Origin: an uncultured Acidobacteriota bacterium
GTDB lineage: Bacteria; Acidobacteriota; Vicinamibacteria; Vicinamibacterales; CAVVIG01
Direction: 5' to 3'
Assembly: GCA_963757355.1 (NCBI GenBank)
Contig: CAVWRG010000003.1
Coordinates: 261,120 to 325,119, forward strand
Length of the DNA stretch: 64,000 nucleotides
Below the pieces are notes generated by a model. That model saw only the letters and a list, made by a program, of their open reading frames with translations, was not told where the DNA came from and ran no database searches. The position numbers and the translations under genes are program-made. Of the stretch, positions 43,716 through 54,877 are shown piece by piece; positions within the stretch are counted from its first letter, which is position 1, and every line of letters starts with the position of its first letter.

Positions 43716-45545
43716 TTACTTCTCCTGCGGCGCGCCCTTCTCGGACAGGAGCCGCGCGAGCACGACGTTCACCAGACCCGAGGAGCCGTCGCCGCTGACG
43801 GCGATATCAGGCACGACCTTGACTTGATGCTCGCCCAGGATCGTGGCGATCTGCATCGCCGTATACCCCCCGGCGCCAACCGCTTCGATCCCCGCCGTGT
43901 ACGCCGCCGCCTTCGCGGCACCAATCGCACGCACCACCGCGGCCTCTGCCTCACCCGACAACCGGATGGATGCGGCCTGGCCCGCGGCCCTCAGCTCGAG
44001 CGCGTTGCCTTCGCCCCGCGCCGATTCGGCAGCCGCCAGCGCGTTCTGCTGCGCGACCTTCACCATTTGCTCCGAACGCACGACGTCGTTCTGGAAGTTC
44101 GCCACCGAGGTCTCGCGCTCGAGCGCCTGACGCTTGATCTGCGCTTCGCGCTGCACCTCGTAGGTCCGCTCCAGTTCCTCGGCGATCTTGCGGTCGGTCT
44201 GCGTCTTCATCAGCTCGGCAGGCGGCGCGATGTCGCCGATCAGCGTGTCAATGCACTCGACGTCGTAGGCCTCGATGGCTTTCTTGATGTTCTCGAACGC
44301 ATGCCGCTGCCGAGCGGAGCGCGCCGAGAGGAACTCCAGCACCGAGACCTCCTGCGCGGAGTTGCGGAAGTAGTTCCCCACCGTCGGTTGCAGCACGTGG
44401 TCCACGAGATTCTGCATCGATCCGACGCGCGAGATCACGCGGGGCGCGTTCCGCATGCCGATGTGAATGATCTGCGACACGTCGAGGCTGAACGAAAAGC
44501 CATCGCGCGAACGCACGAGGATCGACGACAGCCGTTCGTCGTAGTGATGCGCCTCGGTCCGCTGCGCCCAGTTCAACACAATGTTCGTCGTGGGCACGAG
44601 CTCCACCTTCATCACTTTCGTGTTGAGCGGGTGCTTGCCAGGCAGCAGCGGGTCGACCCACACGCCCTTGCGTCCACGCTCGACGAGATCGCCGTGCGTG
44701 AAGGCCTCGCCCGACACGTCGAGGTGCTCGCGTCCGACATAGCTGACGACCACGCCGACGTAGCCGATCGGCACCTCGACGAGCGGCACCTGTTCCACCT
44801 GCGCAAACCACGGGCTCAGGTTCCACGACCCGGACAAGAGCACCTGCTCCTGCAGGCCACGGCAGCCGCCGGCGTCGATGAACGCCTGGCCGCGCTGGAA
44901 GCTGTCGTGCTCGGCGACCACGGGGCCCGCAAGATCACCCGCGGCGATCGGACGTCCGTCCAGCACCGTCACGATGCCCACGCGCTCAGGCTGGACCTGA
45001 TACACGTGCAGCTCCGCCGGCGTCAGCCCATATTTCGACGCGCTCGCGGTCGTGACAACCTCGAACAGCGCCGGGTTGATGCGATACGTGCCAGCGGTGA
45101 CGAAGGCGAGCTGACGGCCGCGCTCGCCGCCGTTGCGCAGGAACGCCTCCGCGTCCTGGAAGTTGTCGCACGCGACCGCTTTCGCCAGCACCCGCTCGTA
45201 GGGAATCGCCGCGCCGTCGGCTGCGACCACCAGCGCGATCTCACCGGGGCGCACGACGATGGTCGGCACTTTGACGATGCGATAGCGCCAGCGCCAGAGG
45301 CCGAAGTGCCATCCCGGCGACAACAGGCGCGCCTGATAGCCAGCTTCCCCCTCCAACGCGATGAACCGGCCGGCCGCCAGCGGTGGGCCGAACCGTTTCA
45401 CGACCAGTCCCGACTGATTCGCGGCGATGACCCAGGTCCCCGAGGCAACCAGTACAACGGCGACGACACTTGCGAGCGCGGCGGCCGAGATCCAGATGTG
45501 AGCGAGAACGACAGCAAGCATGGTGACCTTTCTGTGGGCTGACAC
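43716..45545 (-). CDS. SPFH/Band 7 flotillin-like membrane protein
   Basis: N-terminal TM, an SPFH-like region, and a long Ala/Glu/Gln-rich coiled-coil C-terminus (EAQIKRQALERETS..., AAAESARGEGNALELRAAGQA). The start is GTG 45545 or ATG 45521. Confidence 0.82.
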   Translation of the reverse strand: MSAHRKVTMLAVVLAHIWISAAALASVVAVVLVASGTWVIAANQSGLVVKRFGPPLAAGRFIALEGEAGYQARLLSPGWHFGLWRWRYRIVKVPTIVVRPGEIALVVAADGAAIPYERVLAKAVACDNFQDAEAFLRNGGERGRQLAFVTAGTYRINPALFEVVTTASASKYGLTPAELHVYQVQPERVGIVTVLDGRPIAAGDLAGPVVAEHDSFQRGQAFIDAGGCRGLQEQVLLSGSWNLSPWFAQVEQVPLVEVPIGYVGVVVSYVGREHLDVSGEAFTHGDLVERGRKGVWVDPLLPGKHPLNTKVMKVELVPTTNIVLNWAQRTEAHHYDERLSSILVRSRDGFSFSLDVSQIIHIGMRNAPRVISRVGSMQNLVDHVLQPTVGNYFRNSAQEVSVLEFLSARSARQRHAFENIKKAIEAYDVECIDTLIGDIAPPAELMKTQTDRKIAEELERTYEVQREAQIKRQALERETSVANFQNDVVRSEQMVKVAQQNALAAAESARGEGNALELRAAGQAASIRLSGEAEAAVVRAIGAAKAAAYTAGIEAVGAGGYTAMQIATILGEHQVKVVPDIAVSGDGSSGLVNVVLARLLSEKGAPQEK

Positions 45546-45668
45546 GCTTCCATCAGCCGCTATGGTCCAGCTGCATCAGCCGCGCCGGCGGATCCTGCGT
45601 GTTTTGATTGGCGTTCGGCATCCAGATCATTAATCTATTCATGTTAATGTCGTGTTGTAATAGCGATC

Positions 45669-47000
45669 ATGAATTACATCGGGTGGACGGGGCGCCCGCC
45701 GGATCGCCAGATCGCCGCGGCGCTCGCAGCACGCGGGATCGCGATCGATCGCGCCGACAGGGATGCGCTGCCGCTGGTCGTCGCGACGGCGTCCGCGGAC
45801 CGGGTGCCGGCGGCGCACGCCGAGCGCCGGCGGTGGCTCTGGGTCTGCGCCGTGGCCGTCGCCGCCGGACGGGTGACCGACGCGGTGCTCCGTGGCGCGT
45901 ACGACGTGATCTCGCTCCGCGCGCCGGACGCGGCCGCGACAATCGTCGCGCGCGTCGAGGAGATGCTGACCCCGGAGCCGGCGCCGCCGCAGACCGACCT
46001 GCTGGTCACCACGAGTGCAGCAGGCCGTGCCGTCGCGCGCCAGGCAGCCCGCGTGGCGCAGACCTCGATGCCAGTGCTGCTCACCGGCGAGACCGGGACC
46101 GGTAAGGAAGTCACGGCGCGCCTGATTCACGCCTGGTCCGCGCGAAAGGCCCGGCAGTTCGTGCCGATCAACTGCGCGGCCATCCCCAACGAATTGATGG
46201 AGGCGGAGCTGTTCGGCTACGCGCGCGGCGCATTCTCGGGTGCCGTGCAGGCGTACGACGGCCAGCTGATGGCCGCCGCCGGCGGCACGGTGCTCCTCGA
46301 CGAGATCGACGACACCCCGCCCGAAACACAGGTCAAGCTTCTACGCGTGCTCGAGGACCGCGTGGTCAGCCGTCTCGGCGAGAACGTGTGGCGGGAAGTG
46401 GACTTCCGGATTCTCGCGGCCACCAACCGCGACCTGCAGCCGCTCGTCGCCGCCGGCCGCTTCGGCGCGGATCTCTACGAGCGGCTGGCGATCGCCCGCA
46501 TCCACTTGCCGCCGCTGCGCGAGCGGATTGAAGATCTCGAGGCGCTGTCGCGGCACTTCCTCGAGCGCTTCGCGCGCGAGCAGGCCCGGCCGCTCGTCGG
46601 CGCGATTCGGGCCGAGGCGATGCGCGCGCTCGCCGCATATCCCTGGCCGGGAAATATCCGCGAGCTCCGCAACGTGCTGTACGAGGCGCTGGTCTACAAG
46701 CGGGCGGGCACGGAAATTCTTCTGTCGGATCTACCGGCGCGGATCCTGAAGAGGTCTGCGACTCGCCACGACGGATTGGTCGATCCCGCACTCGTCCGTC
46801 AGAAATTGCGCGCGGGCGCGATGAATCTCCGCGCCGAAATTGAAGCGCTCGAGCGCGCCGCGCTCGACGCCGCGCTCGCCGAGTCGGGCGGCAACGCCAC
46901 GCACGCCGCGCGGCTCCTGGGGAGCGTCGGCCGCGGCGCCGCCGCCGATCCAGGCGGCACCGTGCGGGCGATGAAGCGACGGCTCGGGTATCGCGGCTGA
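45669..47000 (+). CDS. sigma-54-dependent transcriptional activator with degenerate receiver-like N-terminus
   Basis: Walker [24 protein letters not shown] (GAFTGA variant), Walker B LLDEID, R-finger region, C-terminal HTH ([11 protein letters not shown]). Confidence 0.9.
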   Translation: MNYIGWTGRPPDRQIAAALAARGIAIDRADRDALPLVVATASADRVPAAHAERRRWLWVCAVAVAAGRVTDAVLRGAYDVISLRAPDAAATIVARVEEMLTPEPAPPQTDLLVTTSAAGRAVARQAARVAQTSMPVLLTGETGTGKEVTARLIHAWSARKARQFVPINCAAIPNELMEAELFGYARGAFSGAVQAYDGQLMAAAGGTVLLDEIDDTPPETQVKLLRVLEDRVVSRLGENVWREVDFRILAATNRDLQPLVAAGRFGADLYERLAIARIHLPPLRERIEDLEALSRHFLERFAREQARPLVGAIRAEAMRALAAYPWPGNIRELRNVLYEALVYKRAGTEILLSDLPARILKRSATRHDGLVDPALVRQKLRAGAMNLRAEIEALERAALDAALAESGGNATHAARLLGSVGRGAAADPGGTVRAMKRRLGYRG

Positions 47001-47045
47001 ATCGCCGCCGCCCACCCTCGCGTTTCCTCCAGTAGAATCCCGCCT

Positions 47046-49685
47046 GTGCCCATATCCTCCGACGACGACCTGACGCGAGCGCCAGGGATGACCCAGACGG
47101 TTGCGCCCGACTCCGCGTCCGCCGGACGTCCCCCATCGTCGCGCTCAGATCGGTTCGCGCCCGGATCGATCATCGCGGGCCGCTATCGACTCGTCGCGCT
47201 GCTCGGCCGCGGCGGCATGGGAGAAGTGTACCGCGCCGACGACCTGACGCTCGATCATCCGGTCGCGCTGAAGTTTCTGCCCGAAGGTGTCGCCTCGGAC
47301 GCCAACCGCCTCGCGCAGTTCCACCAGGAGCTGCGGATCGCGCGCCAGGTGTCGCACAAGAACGTCTGCCGTCTGTACGATCTCGGCGACGCCGACGGCC
47401 GGCGTTTCCTCACGATGGAGTACGTGGACGGCGAAGATCTCGCGTCGCTGCTCCGCCGGATCGGCCGCATCCCGCAGGACAAGGCGATCGAGATCGCGCG
47501 ACAGTTGTCCGCGGGCCTCTCAGCCGCGCACGAGCGCGGCGTGCTGCATCGCGATCTGAAGCCGGCCAACGTGATGATCGACGGCGACGGCAACGTGCGC
47601 CTCACCGATTTCGGCCTCGCGATCGCGGCGGGCGATGCCGCGGCGGTCCGAGCGGGCACGCCGCAGTACATGGCGCCGGAGCAGTTGTCCGGACATCCGG
47701 CTTCGGTCCGGAGCGATCTCTACGCGCTCGGGCTCATCCTCTTCGAGCTTTTCACCGGGCGGCGCGCCATCGACGCGAAAACCCTGCCCGACCTGATGCA
47801 GTGGCACGAGAGCGGGACGCTGACGACGCCCTCTTCGGTCGTGCGCGATCTCGACCCGGCGATCGAGCGCCTCATTCTCCGGTGTCTGGAAAAGGATCCG
47901 CAACGACGGCCCGGATCGGCCTTGGCCGTGGCCGCGGCGCTGCCGGGCGGCGATGCGCTCGCCGCCGCGCTCGCCGCCGGCGAAACGCCCTCGCCCGACA
48001 TGCTCGTGGCGGCCGCCGAGCGCGAAGCGACACCCGTGCCGACGGCGCTCGCGATTGCCGCGGCGGTCGTGCTGGGGCTCGCCGTCTTCGTGGCGATCGC
48101 TCCCTCCGCGGGCCTGGCCGCCTTTGATCCACTCGAGAAGCCGCCCGCAGTCCTCGCCGATCGCGCCGAGCAGATCTTCGCGTCGCTCGGCTACGCCGGA
48201 CAAGACGTCGATCACGCCTCGGGCTTCGCGTTCCCCGGCGACTACCCGCGCTGGATTGAGCAAACGAAACAGACCGCAGACCGATGGGAGGAGGTCCGGC
48301 TCGCTCGCCCACCGGCGGTCGTCTTCTGGTATCGCACCAGCCCGCGCGACCTGGTCGCGGACCGCGCAGCGGGCGGCGTCCAGGCCGACGACCCGCCGGA
48401 GGCCATCTCCGGCATGCGCAGCGTGATCCTCGACACGCGCGGACGGTTGAACGAATTCCACGCGGTTCCACCACAGGTGGATACCGTGGTCCCTGCGCCG
48501 GCGGCGACGGTATGGAAACCGCTGTTCGATGCGGCCGCGCTCGACATTCGCATGTTCACGTCCGTTCCACCTGAATGGACGCCGCGCAGCTTCGCGGACG
48601 AACGCGCCGCCTGGGAAGGGCCCTACGCGGAACGGTCCGGCATCCGCATTCGAGTCGAAGCCGCGGCGTATCGCGGACGGCCCGTCTCGTTCCTGATCGT
48701 CGGGCCATGGACGCGGCCGTCCCGCATGACGCCGGTGCCGAAGACGCGCCAGCAAAATTTCCTGATGGCGCTGGGCCTCGCCGTGTACTTCACCGTGCTC
48801 GTCGCCGCCGCGCTGATCGCGCGGCGCAACGTGCGCGTGAACCGCGCCGATCGCCGCACGGCGCAGCGCCTCGCGGCGTGCCTCGTCGTCGAAATCGCCA
48901 TCCGGTGGGCGGTCCTCAACCACCACACGTCGAGCGCGAACGTCGAGGCCGCGCAATTCTTTTCGGCGCTCGGATACGGGTTGTATCTCGCTGCCACGTT
49001 ATGGGTCCTGTATCTGGCCATCGAACCGTACGCGCGGCGGCTCTGGCCCGACGGGCTGTTCGGATGGACGCGGCTCTTCGCCGGACACGTGCGCGATCCG
49101 CGCGTGGGGCGCGACATCCTGATCGGGTGCCTGTTCGCCGTCGTCATGTCGCTGCTCGAGGCCGGCCGCATCGTGCTGCTGCCGCTCGCCGGACAGCCGA
49201 TGCCGCAGCCGATTCTCGGTTCGAGCGCGGTGCTGCTGCAGGGCGCGCAGTACATCGTCGGCATGATGTCGAGCTGGACGTACGGCCCACTTCAAACCTC
49301 GTTGCTCTGCGCCGTGCTGTTTGTCGCCTGCCGCTTCCTGCTCCGGCGCGATTGGGCGGCGTTTATCGCCTGCGTCGTTATCCTCCTGGCGATTGGCGAC
49401 AACGGGCAGGGCATAATCGGGGGCATCGGGCTGAACACCCTCTTCTACGCCCTGTTGTACGTCACGATTCTGATCGCGCTCGTGAAGTTCGGTCTGCTCG
49501 CCACAACGACGGGGCTGATCGTTGACGCCGCGTTGACGAGCGTCCCGTTTCCGGCGCATCTCTCCAGTTGGGCCGGCGCGCCGGCGATGTGGACGATCGT
49601 GTTGGCCGTCGCCCTGATGGCGTTCGGCTTCTACTCGGCACGCGCGGGGCAGCCGCTGTTTGGCGATTGGGGCGGGGAGAACTGA
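47046..49685 (+). CDS. Ser/Thr protein kinase fused to a large polytopic membrane domain
   Basis: GRGGMGEVYRA, ALKFL, HRDLKPANVMI, DFGLA, GTPQYMAPE. A TM and a C-terminal region of about 550 aa with multiple TMs follow. Confidence 0.9.
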   Translation: MPISSDDDLTRAPGMTQTVAPDSASAGRPPSSRSDRFAPGSIIAGRYRLVALLGRGGMGEVYRADDLTLDHPVALKFLPEGVASDANRLAQFHQELRIARQVSHKNVCRLYDLGDADGRRFLTMEYVDGEDLASLLRRIGRIPQDKAIEIARQLSAGLSAAHERGVLHRDLKPANVMIDGDGNVRLTDFGLAIAAGDAAAVRAGTPQYMAPEQLSGHPASVRSDLYALGLILFELFTGRRAIDAKTLPDLMQWHESGTLTTPSSVVRDLDPAIERLILRCLEKDPQRRPGSALAVAAALPGGDALAAALAAGETPSPDMLVAAAEREATPVPTALAIAAAVVLGLAVFVAIAPSAGLAAFDPLEKPPAVLADRAEQIFASLGYAGQDVDHASGFAFPGDYPRWIEQTKQTADRWEEVRLARPPAVVFWYRTSPRDLVADRAAGGVQADDPPEAISGMRSVILDTRGRLNEFHAVPPQVDTVVPAPAATVWKPLFDAAALDIRMFTSVPPEWTPRSFADERAAWEGPYAERSGIRIRVEAAAYRGRPVSFLIVGPWTRPSRMTPVPKTRQQNFLMALGLAVYFTVLVAAALIARRNVRVNRADRRTAQRLAACLVVEIAIRWAVLNHHTSSANVEAAQFFSALGYGLYLAATLWVLYLAIEPYARRLWPDGLFGWTRLFAGHVRDPRVGRDILIGCLFAVVMSLLEAGRIVLLPLAGQPMPQPILGSSAVLLQGAQYIVGMMSSWTYGPLQTSLLCAVLFVACRFLLRRDWAAFIACVVILLAIGDNGQGIIGGIGLNTLFYALLYVTILIALVKFGLLATTTGLIVDAALTSVPFPAHLSSWAGAPAMWTIVLAVALMAFGFYSARAGQPLFGDWGGEN

Positions 49686-49711
49686 GAGTCGCGGGCCCCA
49701 AAGGACCCACC

Positions 49712-52135
<2,424 letters not shown>

Positions 52136-52138
<3 letters not shown>

Positions 52139-52216
52139 GGAGACACGAAGAACACGGAGATCACGGAGAGTTCGAACGTCCTTCGTGAACTTGGTGTTCT
52201 CCGTGACTCCGTGATG
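52136..52216. repeat. hairpin of CACGGAG/CACGAAG words overlapping the hrpB start
   Basis: Arm cacggagacacgaagaacacggagatcacggagag (52136-52170) pairs with ccttcgtgaacttggtgttctccgtgactccgtgatg (52180-52216). Confidence 0.85.
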
Positions 52217-52273
52217 AAGTCTGATACTGCTTGGATCCAGCGGTTGGATCTTGCGGCCCAGAGGTTCGTCTGG

Positions 52274-52921
52274 TTACGCCTGCGCGCCGACGCCGATCGG
52301 GCACGTCACGCCGGTGCCATCCACTCCGCAGTAGCCGTTCGGGTTCTTCGCCAGGTACTGCTGGTGATAATCCTCGGCGTAGTAGAACTCCGGTGCGGGG
52401 AGAATTTCCGTCGTGATCGCACCGTAGCCGGCGGCGGTCAGCTTCGCTTGAAACAGGCGTCGCGTGCGCTCCGCCGCCTCGTGCTGCGCAGCGTTGAACG
52501 TGTAAATCCCGGAACGATACTGCGTGCCGGCGTCGTTGCCCTGCCGCATACCCTGCGTTGGATCGTGATTTTCCCAGAAGGTTCTCAACAGCTCGTCGTA
52601 GCCGATGATGTGCGGATCGAACACCACGAGGACGACTTCGGCGTGTCCGGTCATGCCGGTGCACACTTCGCGATAGGTAGGGTTCGGCGTCTGACCCGCC
52701 GCATAGCCGACAGCCGTCGTGTACACGCCCTTCAGCTGCCAGAATTTTCGCTCCACACCCCAGAAGCATCCCATGGCGAACATCGCGCGCTCGAGGCCAT
52801 CCGGAAACGGCGCCTCGAGACGATGGCCGTTCACGAAATGCTTATCGGGCACAGGCATGCGTTCGGCTCTGCCCGGAAGCGCTTCGGCTTTCGACGGTAT
52901 CGTCTTCGCTTTGGAGAACAT
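52274..52921 (-). CDS. msrA: peptide-methionine (S)-S-oxide reductase
   Basis: [15 protein letters not shown]-like [23 protein letters not shown] 52921. Confidence 0.93.
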   Translation of the reverse strand: MFSKAKTIPSKAEALPGRAERMPVPDKHFVNGHRLEAPFPDGLERAMFAMGCFWGVERKFWQLKGVYTTAVGYAAGQTPNPTYREVCTGMTGHAEVVLVVFDPHIIGYDELLRTFWENHDPTQGMRQGNDAGTQYRSGIYTFNAAQHEAAERTRRLFQAKLTAAGYGAITTEILPAPEFYYAEDYHQQYLAKNPNGYCGVDGTGVTCPIGVGAQA

Positions 52922-52982
52922 GACTCCATTGTACCGGAGCGTCAGGCGGCGGCACACCCGCCGCCCGACCTCAGCCTGACTG

Positions 52983-53783
52983 TTACGCGCGCGCCGCCGG
53001 GGCGAAGATCGCGAACATCGCGCCCTGCGGATCGCTGATCACGGAAAACCGACCGGTGTTGGGGATGTCCATCGGTGCGACCGCGATGTTGGCGCCGAGC
53101 TGCTTCGCCTTCGCCGAGCTCGCGTCGCAGTCGGTGACCTGAAAGTACGGCATCCAGTAGGGCGGCACCTGAGCGGGCACCTGCGGCGGCATCTGCATCA
53201 TGCCGACGCCTGGCTGGCCGTTGTTGTGGAATTCCGTGTATTCCATCGATGTGCCCATGCCTCCGACCTTCGCTGTCCATCCGAACAGCTGGGTGTAGAA
53301 CTTCTCGGCGGTCTTCGTATCGCGCGTAGCGAGCTCGGTCCAGCAGAGGGCACCCGGCTCGTTGAGAACGCGCGCGCCAACATGCTTGGTGGCCTGCCAC
53401 ACCATGAAGATCGCGCCGGTCGGATCCTGCAGCACCGCCATGCGTCCGGCATCCATGACGTCGAACGCCGGCGCGAGCACCTTCCCGCCGAGCGACTCGG
53501 CCCGCTTCGCCGCTTCGTCCGCATTTTTCACCGCCACGTACGATCCCCAGTGCGGCGGCATGCCCTGCTGCCGCTGCTCCGGTCGCATCGTGTACGCCGC
53601 GCCGACCGCGCGGTCTCTGACCTCAAACATCGAATAGGTCTCGCCCGGACCCATCGGCTGATCGTTCACTTTCCACCCGAACAGGTCTCGATAGAACGCC
53701 GTCGCCCCTTTCTGATCGGTGGTCGAGAGCTCGGGCCAGCAGAACGTTCCCGGTGCGTGCGTGTCGATGTCAGCCATCGTCAT
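52983..53783 (-). CDS. two-domain VOC (glyoxalase/bleomycin-resistance fold) protein
   Basis: Two repeats of the module F.W.EL.T.D...A..FY..LFGW... followed by QDP.GA.F.. Confidence 0.85.
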   Translation of the reverse strand: MTMADIDTHAPGTFCWPELSTTDQKGATAFYRDLFGWKVNDQPMGPGETYSMFEVRDRAVGAAYTMRPEQRQQGMPPHWGSYVAVKNADEAAKRAESLGGKVLAPAFDVMDAGRMAVLQDPTGAIFMVWQATKHVGARVLNEPGALCWTELATRDTKTAEKFYTQLFGWTAKVGGMGTSMEYTEFHNNGQPGVGMMQMPPQVPAQVPPYWMPYFQVTDCDASSAKAKQLGANIAVAPMDIPNTGRFSVISDPQGAMFAIFAPAARA

Positions 53784-53937
53784 TCTCCTTGAAACGCCGT
53801 GATGAGTGAGGCGCCAAACCCTGGATCATAGCGCCGACACGGTGTTCGGATGTGGGACGAGCGCTGGCCAGGAGTGAGGAGATGAAATAGTCCTTGCGCT
53901 ACAACGTAGTGTCAGTAGACTCACGCTTCATGGCGCC

Positions 53938-54816
53938 ATGAGGATTATGTCGCGCAACATCGTGTTCGTCGGCGCAGTCGTCTGTTGGCTAGTTACCGCG
54001 GCTGGAGCTACGGCTGCCCAAGATTCACCGAGTCGCGCGGTCACGATTACGAATCCTTCTGGCGCTCCCGCACGCATTGACACTGCCACTCTTGTCGAGT
54101 CGGACGGGAATTGGACGCTCTCGATTCAAGTCACCAATGCCAGCGAGAGCTCAATCGTTCGCGTGGAGACGACGATAGCGATCTTTGACTCGGAGGGCCG
54201 TCGCCGAGGCGCGCAGGTGGATGCTTTTCCGGATGCGATCCTGCCGATTGAGCCAGGTCAGGCACGCCGTATGACAGTGCCCGTTACATCAGCCGTCGAG
54301 GAGACTGATACCGTCCGCGTCGGATTGAGCACAATCGGATCCGATGTCGACATTTGGACGAATGACGGACTCACGACTGATCCCACAAGCAAACCCGCAG
54401 AAGCGCCGACGCCGACGCCAAGATCCACAGCTGCGGCTTCATCGGTGATCGTTCTCAACGCTGAAGACTCGCCCGCAGAAGTGATGGACGCGATCCTGGT
54501 TCGATCTGCGACAGGCGCCCCCGCAGTCCTCCACATCACGACACACAATCGGCTCACAGGGCCTTTGTTTAAAGTGAGAGTTGCGGCATTGCTGTTCGAT
54601 TCAAAGGGCGGCTTGCAGCTGCAGTCGTTCGGTGTCGACGCCAGACCGATCGCGCCTCTTGGTAACTGGATGTCCAATATCATCGTGAATCATGTGCGAG
54701 CCGACTCGCACTGGCGCGTGGTCATCGCGATTGAACAGGCGTATACGATCACAAATAAATGGACGAATGCTCATCTGAGGGAGCGGGCAACTGAACGCAT
54801 CCGACAAGATGAGTGA
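53938..54816 (+). CDS. secreted hypothetical protein with an internal two-domain duplication, in a lower-GC segment
   Basis: Signal peptide IVFVGAVVCWLVTAAGATAAQ. Two modules of about 120 aa (ITNPSGAPARIDTATLV...AIFDSEGRRRGAQ and VLNAEDSPAEVMDAILV...LLFDSKGGLQLQS) are joined by a Thr/Pro linker. Codon third positions are visibly more A/T-rich than in the neighbouring genes. Confidence 0.6.
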   Translation: MRIMSRNIVFVGAVVCWLVTAAGATAAQDSPSRAVTITNPSGAPARIDTATLVESDGNWTLSIQVTNASESSIVRVETTIAIFDSEGRRRGAQVDAFPDAILPIEPGQARRMTVPVTSAVEETDTVRVGLSTIGSDVDIWTNDGLTTDPTSKPAEAPTPTPRSTAAASSVIVLNAEDSPAEVMDAILVRSATGAPAVLHITTHNRLTGPLFKVRVAALLFDSKGGLQLQSFGVDARPIAPLGNWMSNIIVNHVRADSHWRVVIAIEQAYTITNKWTNAHLRERATERIRQDE

Positions 54817-54877
54817 TCCCAACGGTACGACTATGTGGTCACATTGGATGTGATGACCGCGGGCGGTAAAGATCGCG

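Noticed and set aside
43824-45542. 572-aa plus-strand ORF
   Set aside because: It is antisense to the flotillin-like gene.
45546-45668. Sigma-54 promoter (TGGCAC-N5-TTGC) for the flotillin or activator gene
   Set aside because: The candidates (tggatgccgaacgcc and tggaccatagcggct on the minus strand) have GG-N9-GC spacing instead of N10 and poor flanks. They are not convincing by eye.
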